Shown here: one piece after another, positions 9,248 through 17,702 of the stretch | Position numbering within the stretch: position 1 is the stretch's first letter | How the letters are laid out: every line of letters begins with the position of its first letter | Sequence record: SRR2962707_691 | DNA length: 36,446 nt | Direction: 5' to 3' (one strand) | The notes under the pieces: generated by a model | What the model was told of the DNA's origin: nothing | Databases searched by the model: none | The model's input: the letters and a program-made list of their open reading frames with translations, nothing else | Position numbers and translations under genes: made by a program

Positions 9248-10516
9248 GTGAAAAACATCAAGAGAAAGCTGCCAGCAGTCCTGTTCGCATGCGCATCGGT
9301 TCTGACGTTTTCGTCAGCGCAGGCGGCAGAGCTCAACCCCGGCGACATCATCAACGCTGCCAACATCGACCAGGTGATGAGCGATACATTCGAGGGACAC
9401 ACCATCCGTGATCTGATCACGGACAAGGTTGAGTACATGATCCGTAATCATGGACTGAAGATTCCGCTGAAAAACTCGGAGGTGATCGAGTTTCCGAAAG
9501 CTGATAGCGAGAATACGGAAAAATATTCCGGCGAAGTGACGATCGACCCGAATACCCTCGAAGTCGCGGGATATAAGTCGGGTACACCTTTCCCCGACCT
9601 GGACCTGAGCGATCCCCTCAGCGGCCACAAGGCTCTCTGGAATTATTACTACCAGAACACCTATGGCGAAATGTTCGAGGGAAATTACACATTTCTCTTC
9701 GTGAACACGAACAGAGGAGTGGAACGCACGCAACGTTGGTACACCCTCTCCCTGAAGATGAAGGGGCGGCGCACAGGCGAGCCGGTTCTTGGCGACGGGG
9801 ACCTTGTGAAGAAGCAGCTTCTCTACGCCATCGAACCCTACGACATCCGTGGTATCGGCATTTACACGCAACGCTATGACAGCCCGAAACTTGAAGACAA
9901 CTGGGCTTACGTCAAGTCGGTGAGGCGTACACGTCAGCTTTCGGGCAGCTCCTGGATGGACAACATGGCCGGCAGCGTTCAGCTCAACGATGAGTATGAC
10001 GGTTTCAGCGGTCGTCCCAGCTGGTATCCGGAATCCAAAATTGTGCGGAAACGCTGGGTACTTGCTGTTGCACACCTCCCGACTCCAATCGTAGTGGAGG
10101 GCGCATCGAACGACGACGAGCGTTATCCGACTGTCGATATTCAGACCGCGCCTTATTCGATGCCAACCACAAAGGTGCAATGGGAGCCGCGCGAAGTCTA
10201 CGAGATCGAGCTCCAGATGCCGTCCGAGCATCCCTACAGCAAGCGCGTGATCTACATGGAGACCGAGTTTCCGCGGATTTACAATGTCGAGCACTACGGC
10301 AAGGGCGGTGACTTCTCGAAGATATCCTTCGTGTTCTCCAAGCCGGTCATTGGCGGCAACGGAACCATCAGCATGTTTCCCAACCAGGGTATCTGCTTCG
10401 ATATCAACCGCGAGGAAGCGTGGATCTATCTGGCGGAAGAATCCTCAACGACGGATCGGCCAGGAGTCGGGCCCGAGGATGTGACGCTCGGCCAGCTTGA
10501 GGCGGCTGCACAATAG
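9248..10516 (+). CDS. DUF1329-like periplasmic protein (LolA-like lipid carrier family)
   Basis: GTG start after GGGAGG, signal peptide ending AQA, motifs GTPFP, EPYDIRG and WAYVKSVRRTRQLS; usual neighbour of DUF1302/RND/Ycf48 genes. Confidence 0.8.
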   Translation: MKNIKRKLPAVLFACASVLTFSSAQAAELNPGDIINAANIDQVMSDTFEGHTIRDLITDKVEYMIRNHGLKIPLKNSEVIEFPKADSENTEKYSGEVTIDPNTLEVAGYKSGTPFPDLDLSDPLSGHKALWNYYYQNTYGEMFEGNYTFLFVNTNRGVERTQRWYTLSLKMKGRRTGEPVLGDGDLVKKQLLYAIEPYDIRGIGIYTQRYDSPKLEDNWAYVKSVRRTRQLSGSSWMDNMAGSVQLNDEYDGFSGRPSWYPESKIVRKRWVLAVAHLPTPIVVEGASNDDERYPTVDIQTAPYSMPTTKVQWEPREVYEIELQMPSEHPYSKRVIYMETEFPRIYNVEHYGKGGDFSKISFVFSKPVIGGNGTISMFPNQGICFDINREEAWIYLAEESSTTDRPGVGPEDVTLGQLEAAAQ

Positions 10517-10546
10517 GTCTGACAGATCAAGACTCGTAATAGCGCG

Positions 10547-10588
10547 GGTGGGGGCGGACGTAGCGCATATGCTGCCCCCACCGGTTTT
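10547..10588 (+). terminator. Hairpin/terminator after the transport operon
   Basis: GGTGGGGGCGG pairs with CTGCCCCCACC (one G-U pair), followed by GGTTTT. Confidence 0.55.
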
Positions 10589-10620
10589 CCCAGGAACCTG
10601 AGGATATTGGCGAACCCGAA

Positions 10621-12291
10621 ATGCAGATCGATACGACCGGTTGGAAAACAAGGCTGGATGCAGAAGTCATCGACCGTTTCACGCAAAGCGGCGAGTGGAG
10701 CAACATGACGCTTGCTCACAATGCTGCAGACAAGGCAGCGCGTAAAGGTAATGAGGTCGCGGTCGTCGATGGCGATAAAACGCACACATTCACCGAGGTC
10801 GCAGCGGAAGCTTATGCGCTCGCAAATTGGCTCCGTTCTGAAGGCTTAAAGCCGGGCGATGTCATCAGCTTTCAACTCCCTAACTGGTTTGAAACTGTCA
10901 CGATAAACTTGGCGGCGTGTATCGGGCGCTTCGTGGTGAACCCCATCATTCCGATCTATCGAGACGCGGAAGTCGGCTACATCTTGAGGAATTCTCGGAG
11001 CCGCGTGTTCTTCGTTCCGGAAAGTTTCCGCAGCATCAACTATGTAGAGATGATCGAAAATCTGCTGCCCTCTTTACCGGAACTCAAGAGCGTAATCCTC
11101 GTGCGGGGCGAGAAGAAGATTGAGGGCTTCACACGCTATGGCGTGTGGAAAGATATGACTCCAAATCCGGCAAGCGGAAACATTTCGGAACTCGAGGATA
11201 TCGATCCGAATGCAGTGAAGATGCTGCTTTATACATCGGGCACGACAGGTATCCCGAAGGGCGTTCTGCACAGCCATAATACAATTCAATCCGAAATAGA
11301 TGCCGTGAAGAAGTTCTGGAGACTGACGGAGCGCGATATCGTGTTGATGCCGTCGCCTGTCACCCACATCACGGGATACATTTATGGTATCGAGATGATG
11401 TCGGATCTCGGTAACAAGCTTGTCTACATGGATAAGTGGGACGCCGATCACGCCGCCGATCTCATCGCCAAACATGACGTGACATTCAGCATCGGCGCGA
11501 CCCCTTTTCTGGTTGAACTGGTGACTGCGCTGGAAAAGCGCCATGAGAAGCTTGATTCTCTTCGTCTCTTTGCCTGCGGAGGTGCGCCCGTTCCACCCGA
11601 AATCATTCGGCGGGCGAAGGAGGTGCTTCCCAACTGTCTTACTTTCCGGGTGTACGGGAGCAGCGAAGCGCCCACCGTTACGACGGGTGTCGCTGCCGGC
11701 GATCCGGTCGAACTGGGCGCCACCACGGACGGCTGCATCCTTAATCACGAGGTGAAGATCGTCGACCCGGAGAGCGGTCAAACGCTGCCCGACGGACAGG
11801 AGGGCGAGATATTGACGCGGGGGCCGGAACTGATGCTCGGCTACACAGAGTGGGAGGACACACTCGATGCTTTCGACGACGACGGCTACTTCCGCACCGG
11901 CGATCTCGGCTTCATAAGTCACGAACGCTACATAACGATCAGTGGACGAAAGAAAGACCTCATCATCCGCGGCGGCGAAAATATCAGCGCCAAAGAGGTC
12001 GAGGATATTCTCCACAGCCATCCATCCATCGCCGAGGCTGCCGTTGTTGCCATGCCGCACGAAAGAATGGGCGAAACACCAGTGGCGTACGTGGTTTTCA
12101 GAGACGGCATGTCTGTCAATTTCGAAGATATGAAAGCGTTTCTGGAAAGCGTGAGGCTTGCGCGCCAGAAGTTTCCTGAGCGCCTGTTTGTGCTCGAACA
12201 AATGCCGAAAACAGCATCGGGAAAGGTGTTGAAACATGTGTTGAGAGCTCGTTGCCTCAACGGAGCCGACAATCCGGAGATTGCGACATAA
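10621..12291 (+). CDS. Acyl-CoA synthetase/AMP-binding (cyclohexanecarboxylate-CoA ligase/FadK-like)
   Basis: YTSGTTGIPKG, YGSSE, FRTGDLG, GRKKDLIIRGGENIS and PKTASGK motifs; N-terminal FQLPNW typical of this subgroup. Confidence 0.9.
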   Translation: MQIDTTGWKTRLDAEVIDRFTQSGEWSNMTLAHNAADKAARKGNEVAVVDGDKTHTFTEVAAEAYALANWLRSEGLKPGDVISFQLPNWFETVTINLAACIGRFVVNPIIPIYRDAEVGYILRNSRSRVFFVPESFRSINYVEMIENLLPSLPELKSVILVRGEKKIEGFTRYGVWKDMTPNPASGNISELEDIDPNAVKMLLYTSGTTGIPKGVLHSHNTIQSEIDAVKKFWRLTERDIVLMPSPVTHITGYIYGIEMMSDLGNKLVYMDKWDADHAADLIAKHDVTFSIGATPFLVELVTALEKRHEKLDSLRLFACGGAPVPPEIIRRAKEVLPNCLTFRVYGSSEAPTVTTGVAAGDPVELGATTDGCILNHEVKIVDPESGQTLPDGQEGEILTRGPELMLGYTEWEDTLDAFDDDGYFRTGDLGFISHERYITISGRKKDLIIRGGENISAKEVEDILHSHPSIAEAAVVAMPHERMGETPVAYVVFRDGMSVNFEDMKAFLESVRLARQKFPERLFVLEQMPKTASGKVLKHVLRARCLNGADNPEIAT

Positions 12292-12405
12292 GGAATGCAG
12301 TTGCGATTTCTGGTCGTGAGATTGGGCTGTAACAAGCCTGATAGTGAACGCCGCGATCCCCAACCTGCGGCTTCACTGCCCTGAAAAGGGCGTTCCCTCC
12401 CAACT

Positions 12406-12442
12406 CCCCGCTGATGCACCCCCCGCATCAGCGGGGTTCTTT
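12406..12442 (+). terminator. Intrinsic terminator
   Basis: Perfect 12-bp stem CCCCGCTGATGC/GCATCAGCGGGG followed by TTCTTT. Confidence 0.65.
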
Positions 12443-12506
12443 GGGAAGCAAAATTTGAGGCCGCGCGGAATTTATCCAACGCGGCTGGAAGAAACGGAGA
12501 TGGACG

Positions 12507-12794
12507 ATGACGGCATATATCGTGTTTACGCGCGAACGAACGATCGATGAGAAGGAACTCGAGAATTACCGTCCAAAAGCTCGCGCTTCCATGGAAGGAC
12601 GGCCTGTCACGAGACTTGCCGCCTACGGAAAGCAAAAGGTGCTGGAGGGGAAGCCGGTAGAGGGCGTCGTCATCCTGTCATTTCCCAGCTTCGAGGAAGC
12701 AACGGAATGGTACCACAGCACAGCATACCAGGATGCGTGCACGCATCGCTTCAAGGGTGCTGAATATCGGGTTGTGATCGTCGAGGGCGAGTGA
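12507..12794 (+). CDS. DUF1330 family protein (dimeric alpha-beta barrel)
   Basis: 95 aa; MTAYIV, VLEG...VVILSFPSFEEATEWYHSTAYQ and VIVEG signature. Confidence 0.88.
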   Translation: MTAYIVFTRERTIDEKELENYRPKARASMEGRPVTRLAAYGKQKVLEGKPVEGVVILSFPSFEEATEWYHSTAYQDACTHRFKGAEYRVVIVEGE

Positions 12795-12878
12795 CGATCA
12801 AAACTCCGCTGGATGAAGACAGCCCGCGGAGCGAAGAGGCTGAATGCAGTGAATAAGAGGCACCTATGCAACTTAGTA

Positions 12879-12907
12879 TGAGCGTTCAGTCAGTGAGCAA
12901 TTGATCA
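12879..12907. promoter_or_regulatory. Tandem operator TGA-N8-TCA-G-TGA-N8-TCA
   Basis: TGAGCGTTCAGTCA-G-TGAGCAATTGATCA, about 50 bp upstream of the hydrolase start. Confidence 0.72.
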
Positions 12908-12957
12908 CATCAAGAACTGCGGATCGTGTACCGCGGAAAAACGGGAGAAAACAGAAC

Positions 12958-13866
12958 ATGGCGAGCGTTGAATCTGACGACATCATCGTCCTCTACAAGG
13001 GCTGGGTCGATACGATGGCGAAGAACCCGGAGATGTCCGTGGAGGATCTCCGCAGGCTCTTCGATCATTGGGGAGATGTGTGTCACGAGCCGGGAGATGT
13101 TGACTACATTGAAGTAGATGCTGGCGGTATTCCCGCCATGTGGGCCAATCCGAAAGGTGCGGCACAGGACCGTGTGCTTCTCTGCTCGCACGGAGGTGGC
13201 TATGTGGTCGGTTCGATGTACAGCCATCGCAAGATGTTCGCACACATTGCGAAAGCGACCGGCGCGCGCGCTCTTATCGTGAACTACAATCGATCGCCAG
13301 AAAATCCGCACCCCGGTCCTGTCAACGATATGGTGACGGCATACCGGTGGCTTCTTGAAAATGAAAAGATCAAGCCCGAGCACATTGCTCTGACGGGAGA
13401 CTCGGCTGGCGGGTCGCTTGCCCTGACAACAATAGCCGCCGCAATGGAAAAAGGACTGCCGCTTCCCGCCGCTTCGTTGCCTATATCTCCCTGGGCAGGC
13501 ATGGATACGAGCGGTGCCACTTACGATACGAACAAGGACAAGGATGCGCTGGTCTCGCGAGAGACAACGACCGCACTTGCCTCCCTGTTCGTCAGAGATG
13601 GCGACCCGAAACACCCCTTGGCGAACCCTCTCTATACAGACTATGCGGGGTTTCCGCCGATCTATATCCAGGTTGGCGAGGCAGAAACGCTCTTCGATGA
13701 CAGCCGGCGCATTGCCGAGAGGGCGAAGGCCGCAGGCTGCGACGTACGCATCGATATCTTTCCGGAGATGCAGCATGTCTTTCAAGCAATGGCGGGCAAT
13801 GCGCCGGAAGCTGATGAGGCAGTGCAGCTCATGGCGGAATGGGTGCGTCCGAAGATCGGCCTCTAG
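12958..13866 (+). CDS. HSL-family alpha/beta hydrolase (probable lactone hydrolase/esterase)
   Basis: HGGG oxyanion motif, GDSAGG nucleophile, late E/D and H (GEAETLFDD, MQHVF); GGGAG RBS; adjacent to the BVMO. Confidence 0.9.
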   Translation: MASVESDDIIVLYKGWVDTMAKNPEMSVEDLRRLFDHWGDVCHEPGDVDYIEVDAGGIPAMWANPKGAAQDRVLLCSHGGGYVVGSMYSHRKMFAHIAKATGARALIVNYNRSPENPHPGPVNDMVTAYRWLLENEKIKPEHIALTGDSAGGSLALTTIAAAMEKGLPLPAASLPISPWAGMDTSGATYDTNKDKDALVSRETTTALASLFVRDGDPKHPLANPLYTDYAGFPPIYIQVGEAETLFDDSRRIAERAKAAGCDVRIDIFPEMQHVFQAMAGNAPEADEAVQLMAEWVRPKIGL

Positions 13867-13876
13867 AATGATGACA

Positions 13877-13922
13877 GTGCTTCATGGGAGCGGGATGAAC
13901 GGGAGAAGCTCCCATGAAGCAC
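13877..13922. repeat. Perfect 15-bp inverted repeat between hydrolase and BVMO
   Basis: GTGCTTCATGGGAGC...GCTCCCATGAAGCAC with a 16-nt loop and no U tract. Confidence 0.8.
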
Positions 13923-14059
13923 GTCGCGGGTGAGTAAGAGGCGATGAGGGGAATTGCGTCTCATTTGGCAGATGCAGGGAAACAAGCCAAACCCACTTCG
14001 TGTCGCGCTCCAACTGAGAGCGCCGGGGTAGGGGAGACGACAGACAAGGAGGAAATCAA

Positions 14060-15706
14060 ATGAATACGAAAAGCGACAGCGCGACGGAGTTCGACGTCAT
14101 AGTAGTGGGCGCAGGGTTTTCCGGGATGCACATTCTAAGAGAGTTCCTCAAGCGCGATTACAATGTGCACCTTTTCGATGATGGCGTCGGCGTAGGCGGC
14201 ACATGGGACAAAAATAACTATCCCGGCGCGCGTGTTGATTCCGAGGTCTGGGTCTATCAGTTCACCGATCCGGAGATCTGGCAAAACTATGCGTTTACCG
14301 AGAAGTTTCCAACCTGGCGTGAGCTGAAACCCTACTTCAACTTTGTAGCGGACAAATGGGGGCTGCGCCCGCATATGACCTTCAACACACGTTTGGAGGG
14401 TGCGGACTTTGATGAAGCCAACAGCGTATGGCATGCAAGGTTCAGTGACGGCACAATCCGGAGTGCGCGCCACCTCGTGCTCGCCCTGGGGTCGACCACG
14501 AAGCCGGTCAAGCCGAAGTTTGAGGGCATAGATAGCTTTAAGGGTGAGTCCTATCACAGCGCCCGCTGGCCCAAGAAAGAAGTGTCGTTCAGGGGCAAGC
14601 GCGTCGCGGTGGTTGGCACCGGTGCCTCAGGCGTCCAGATTATTCAGGAATCCTCGCGCGAGGCTGACCATGTGACAGTTTTCCAGCGGACCCCCAACTT
14701 GTGCTTACCGATGGGTCTGGAGAAATACACAAAAGACGAATATGCCAAGATGCGGCCACTGATTGACTCTGCCATGGCCTATAGCCAGCAGACCTTTGGC
14801 GGCTTCTCCTACGATTTGAGCAGTCGTTCCTGGAAGGATCTCTCCGAAAGCGAGAGAAACACGATCATGCGCCAAAACTGGGAGCAAAAAGGCTTCCGCT
14901 TCTGGTTGGGAGCGCCGAGTGATCTCTTCTTCGACGAGGAATGTAATCGGGCACATTACTACTTCTGGCGCGACGAAACCCGCAAGCGGATCAAGAAAGA
15001 GCATCTGATCGAACTTCTCGCGCCGACCGAACCTCCACACCCCTTCGGTGCGAAGCGCCCCTGCCTTGAGCAGTGGTATTTCGATCTCTACAATCAGGAC
15101 AATGTCGACTTGGTGGACACTAATACAAGCCAGATTGAGCGCGTCACCGAAAAGGGGATAGTCGCTGGCGGCGTGGAGCGAGAATTCGACTGCATCGTTT
15201 ACGCTACAGGTTTCGACAATTGCACCGGTGCGATTGCGTCGCTCGATATCAGCGATGGCAAAGGTAAGACCATCGGAGATGTCTGGGCTGAAAAATATCT
15301 TACCTATTTGGGCAAGATGGTTCCGGGCTTCCCCAACCTACTTTTCACTTATGCGCTGCAAAGTCCGTCGGCATTCCTTAACGGTCCTACGGCCGCTGAA
15401 CTTGAAGGCGGATGGGTGGTCGATACTGTTGAGTATATGGATACCAAGGGTGTTCGCCGCTACGAGGCAAAGGTGGACGCAGCTCACCTTTGGGCACAGA
15501 GATGTAACGATGTGGCCGATATGAGCCTGATGCCCAAAGCGAAGTCTTGGTACATGGGCGCGAACGTGCCGGGCAAGCGCCCCGAAATCCAGCCCTTCAT
15601 CGGTGGCCAGCTGGCCTACAAAGCTGCACTGAAAGAGGAAACTGAAATGGGCTACCCGAACCTCATGCTCGACGTGTCCACGTCATCTAATGCTGCGGCC
15701 GAGTAG
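14060..15706 (+). CDS. Type I Baeyer-Villiger monooxygenase
   Basis: GAGFSG and GTGASG Rossmann motifs, GGTWxxxxYPGxxxD, fingerprint FKGESYHSARWP, AKRP catalytic Arg; AAGGAGG RBS. Confidence 0.95.
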   Translation: MNTKSDSATEFDVIVVGAGFSGMHILREFLKRDYNVHLFDDGVGVGGTWDKNNYPGARVDSEVWVYQFTDPEIWQNYAFTEKFPTWRELKPYFNFVADKWGLRPHMTFNTRLEGADFDEANSVWHARFSDGTIRSARHLVLALGSTTKPVKPKFEGIDSFKGESYHSARWPKKEVSFRGKRVAVVGTGASGVQIIQESSREADHVTVFQRTPNLCLPMGLEKYTKDEYAKMRPLIDSAMAYSQQTFGGFSYDLSSRSWKDLSESERNTIMRQNWEQKGFRFWLGAPSDLFFDEECNRAHYYFWRDETRKRIKKEHLIELLAPTEPPHPFGAKRPCLEQWYFDLYNQDNVDLVDTNTSQIERVTEKGIVAGGVEREFDCIVYATGFDNCTGAIASLDISDGKGKTIGDVWAEKYLTYLGKMVPGFPNLLFTYALQSPSAFLNGPTAAELEGGWVVDTVEYMDTKGVRRYEAKVDAAHLWAQRCNDVADMSLMPKAKSWYMGANVPGKRPEIQPFIGGQLAYKAALKEETEMGYPNLMLDVSTSSNAAAE

Positions 15707-15771
15707 CGAACCGGAACAGATGACCTTCTGCGGGAAGAACGTGTAGCTGCTTCCTAAGAAAGGTCTCAAGA

Positions 15772-15819
15772 TTGGAAGGCGGAGCGGTATGGCACCTTTC
15801 CCACGGCACCGCCTTCCAA
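15772..15819. terminator. Hairpin downstream of the BVMO
   Basis: TTGGAAGGCGG...CCGCCTTCCAA 11-bp stem. Confidence 0.45.
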
Positions 15820-15981
15820 AAGCATCTAAGACCTGACCACTTTGCCGATGAAATCCTGGTTCTCCATCTTATATCTGGGTAGATTAGGTTAAATAATCAT
15901 ATTGGTGCCCAAGTAGAAATTCGGCCGAGAATATGAAATTTTGAGATCAATAAAGTACCCAACTCCTTTAAATGAGAACGT

Positions 15982-16653
15982 ATGAGAAGGGATAGCCCGG
16001 TGGGAAGAACGGCCAAGGTAATCGAAAAGCTGCCTTCAAAGGGTGCGGTGCGCCCCCGCAAACGTCTTACACGTGCAGAACGCTCAGCCGACGTTCGCGA
16101 AGCCATATTTGAAGCCGCCTCCAAAGTCGTTGGGGAATACGGTTACGCAAATGCCTCTATTTCCAAAATTACGGAACTGGCCGGTTTTGCTCAGGGTACG
16201 TTCTATCTCTATTTTGAATCGAGACAGGAACTTTTCGATGAACTGCTGCCTCATGTAGGCGCTGACATGTTGAAATACATTCGCCCGCGCGTGGCTGGGG
16301 CCAAGAATATTTACGAGATGGAGGAGCGCGGTATTCGAGCTTTCTTCAACTACCTGAATAAGAATCCAGGGTTTATCCGTGTTCTGAATGAAGCTGAGAC
16401 CGCCGCTCCAGCAGCACATAAAAAGCACTATCAGGTGCTGGCAACGAAATATGTTACGGCCTTGGAGCGGGCGGCGCGTGCGGGAGAAATCAAGAACTTC
16501 GACAAGAAAGAGCTTGAAACGATCGCCTATATGATGATGGCCTCCCGTAGCTATCTCTATATGCGCTACTTCAAGGGCAAAGAGCAGACAAAATCTCAAT
16601 CCGAGAAGGTAATCGAAGCCTACATGAAAGTTGTGAAAAGCGGTCTTAACTGA
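15982..16653 (+). CDS. TetR/AcrR family transcriptional regulator
   Basis: HTH: IFEAASKVVGEYGYANASISKITELAGFAQGTFYLYFESRQELF. The start codon is uncertain. Confidence 0.9.
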   Translation: MRRDSPVGRTAKVIEKLPSKGAVRPRKRLTRAERSADVREAIFEAASKVVGEYGYANASISKITELAGFAQGTFYLYFESRQELFDELLPHVGADMLKYIRPRVAGAKNIYEMEERGIRAFFNYLNKNPGFIRVLNEAETAAPAAHKKHYQVLATKYVTALERAARAGEIKNFDKKELETIAYMMMASRSYLYMRYFKGKEQTKSQSEKVIEAYMKVVKSGLN

Positions 16654-16760
16654 GCCCTCCCGGGTAGCGACATCTGACCGCGATATGCGCTGCGATTAAA
16701 CCCGCCGAACGATTAACCGCCTTCAAAAATACATCCCGTGCAACAAAGGATTTTTTGAAC

Positions 16761-16808
16761 TGACAATCATGATTTTCACTGAATACTTAGTCAGTGACTG
16801 ACTGATCA
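16761..16808. promoter_or_regulatory. Tandem operator (16780-16808) plus upstream 18-bp palindrome (16761-16778)
   Basis: TGAATACTTAGTCA-G-TGACTGACTGATCA, preceded by the near-perfect palindrome TGACAATCATGATTTTCA. Confidence 0.72.
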
Positions 16809-16900
16809 ATGATTCTCAAGGGAGACTTAGTGGTCCGACACTCTGATCGCTCTGCCATCTAGAAAGCTTGTGTTTCGGACAATGTAAGAAGGAGAAATTC

Positions 16901-17695
16901 ATGCGCTTCGCCGATTACCAGACATTGGAGTTCGCCTATCGGAGTAGAATCCTTACCGTCACGCTCAATCGTCCTGAGAAGTTGAACGCCGTCGATGCAG
17001 TTATGCATGAGGAACTCGCCCGTGTGTTTGGCGACGTTTCCAGTGATCCTGACAGCGACATCGTTGTGCTGACCGGCGCCGGCCGTGCTTTCTCTTCGGG
17101 TGGCGACATCGGCTGGATGCAGGACATGATTGATGACCCGTTGCGTTTTGAAAAAACAGCAAGGGAAGGTAAGCAGATCGTCTACGCCTTGCTTGACTGT
17201 GAAAAGCCGGTAATCGCAAAACTCAACGGACATGCAACGGGCCTTGGCGCGACCATCGCGCTTTTCTGCGATGTAATCTTCGCCTCCGAGAACGCCAAGA
17301 TCGGTGATCCGCATGTGAGTGTGGGGTTTGTCGCAGGCGACGGCGGCGCGGTGATCTGGCCGCAACTTGTCGGCTTTGCGCGAGCAAAAGAGTATCTCAT
17401 GACAGGCGATTTAATTCCCGCAGCGCGAGCGGCGGAGATTGGGCTCATCAATCATGCTGTGCCAGCGGATGAGCTCGATGCCCGCGTCGATGCATTCGCG
17501 GACAAGCTCGCTGCGGGGGCAACGAAAGCGATCCTCTGGAGCAAAATGTCGGTGAACATTGCTCTGAAGAAACTCGCCCACTCGATGATGGACGCCTCCC
17601 TTGCTTATGAGGCCCTGTCCAATATGAGCGTCGACCATCAGGAGGCCGTAAACGCGTTTCGCGAAAAGCGTCAGCCTGTCTTCAAGGGTAAGTGA
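16901..17695 (+). CDS. Crotonase-family protein with His/Asp active-site motif
   Basis: LNRPEKLNA, AFSSGGD, KPVIAKLNG and DPHVSVGFVAGDGG motifs; AAGGAG RBS. Confidence 0.9.
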   Translation: MRFADYQTLEFAYRSRILTVTLNRPEKLNAVDAVMHEELARVFGDVSSDPDSDIVVLTGAGRAFSSGGDIGWMQDMIDDPLRFEKTAREGKQIVYALLDCEKPVIAKLNGHATGLGATIALFCDVIFASENAKIGDPHVSVGFVAGDGGAVIWPQLVGFARAKEYLMTGDLIPAARAAEIGLINHAVPADELDARVDAFADKLAAGATKAILWSKMSVNIALKKLAHSMMDASLAYEALSNMSVDHQEAVNAFREKRQPVFKGK

Positions 17696-17702
17696 GACCA
17701 AG

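Noticed and set aside
9314-13785. Long antisense ORFs (9314-10294, 11074-12363, 12910-13785)
   Set aside because: They are shadows of well-supported plus-strand genes and have no recognisable motifs.
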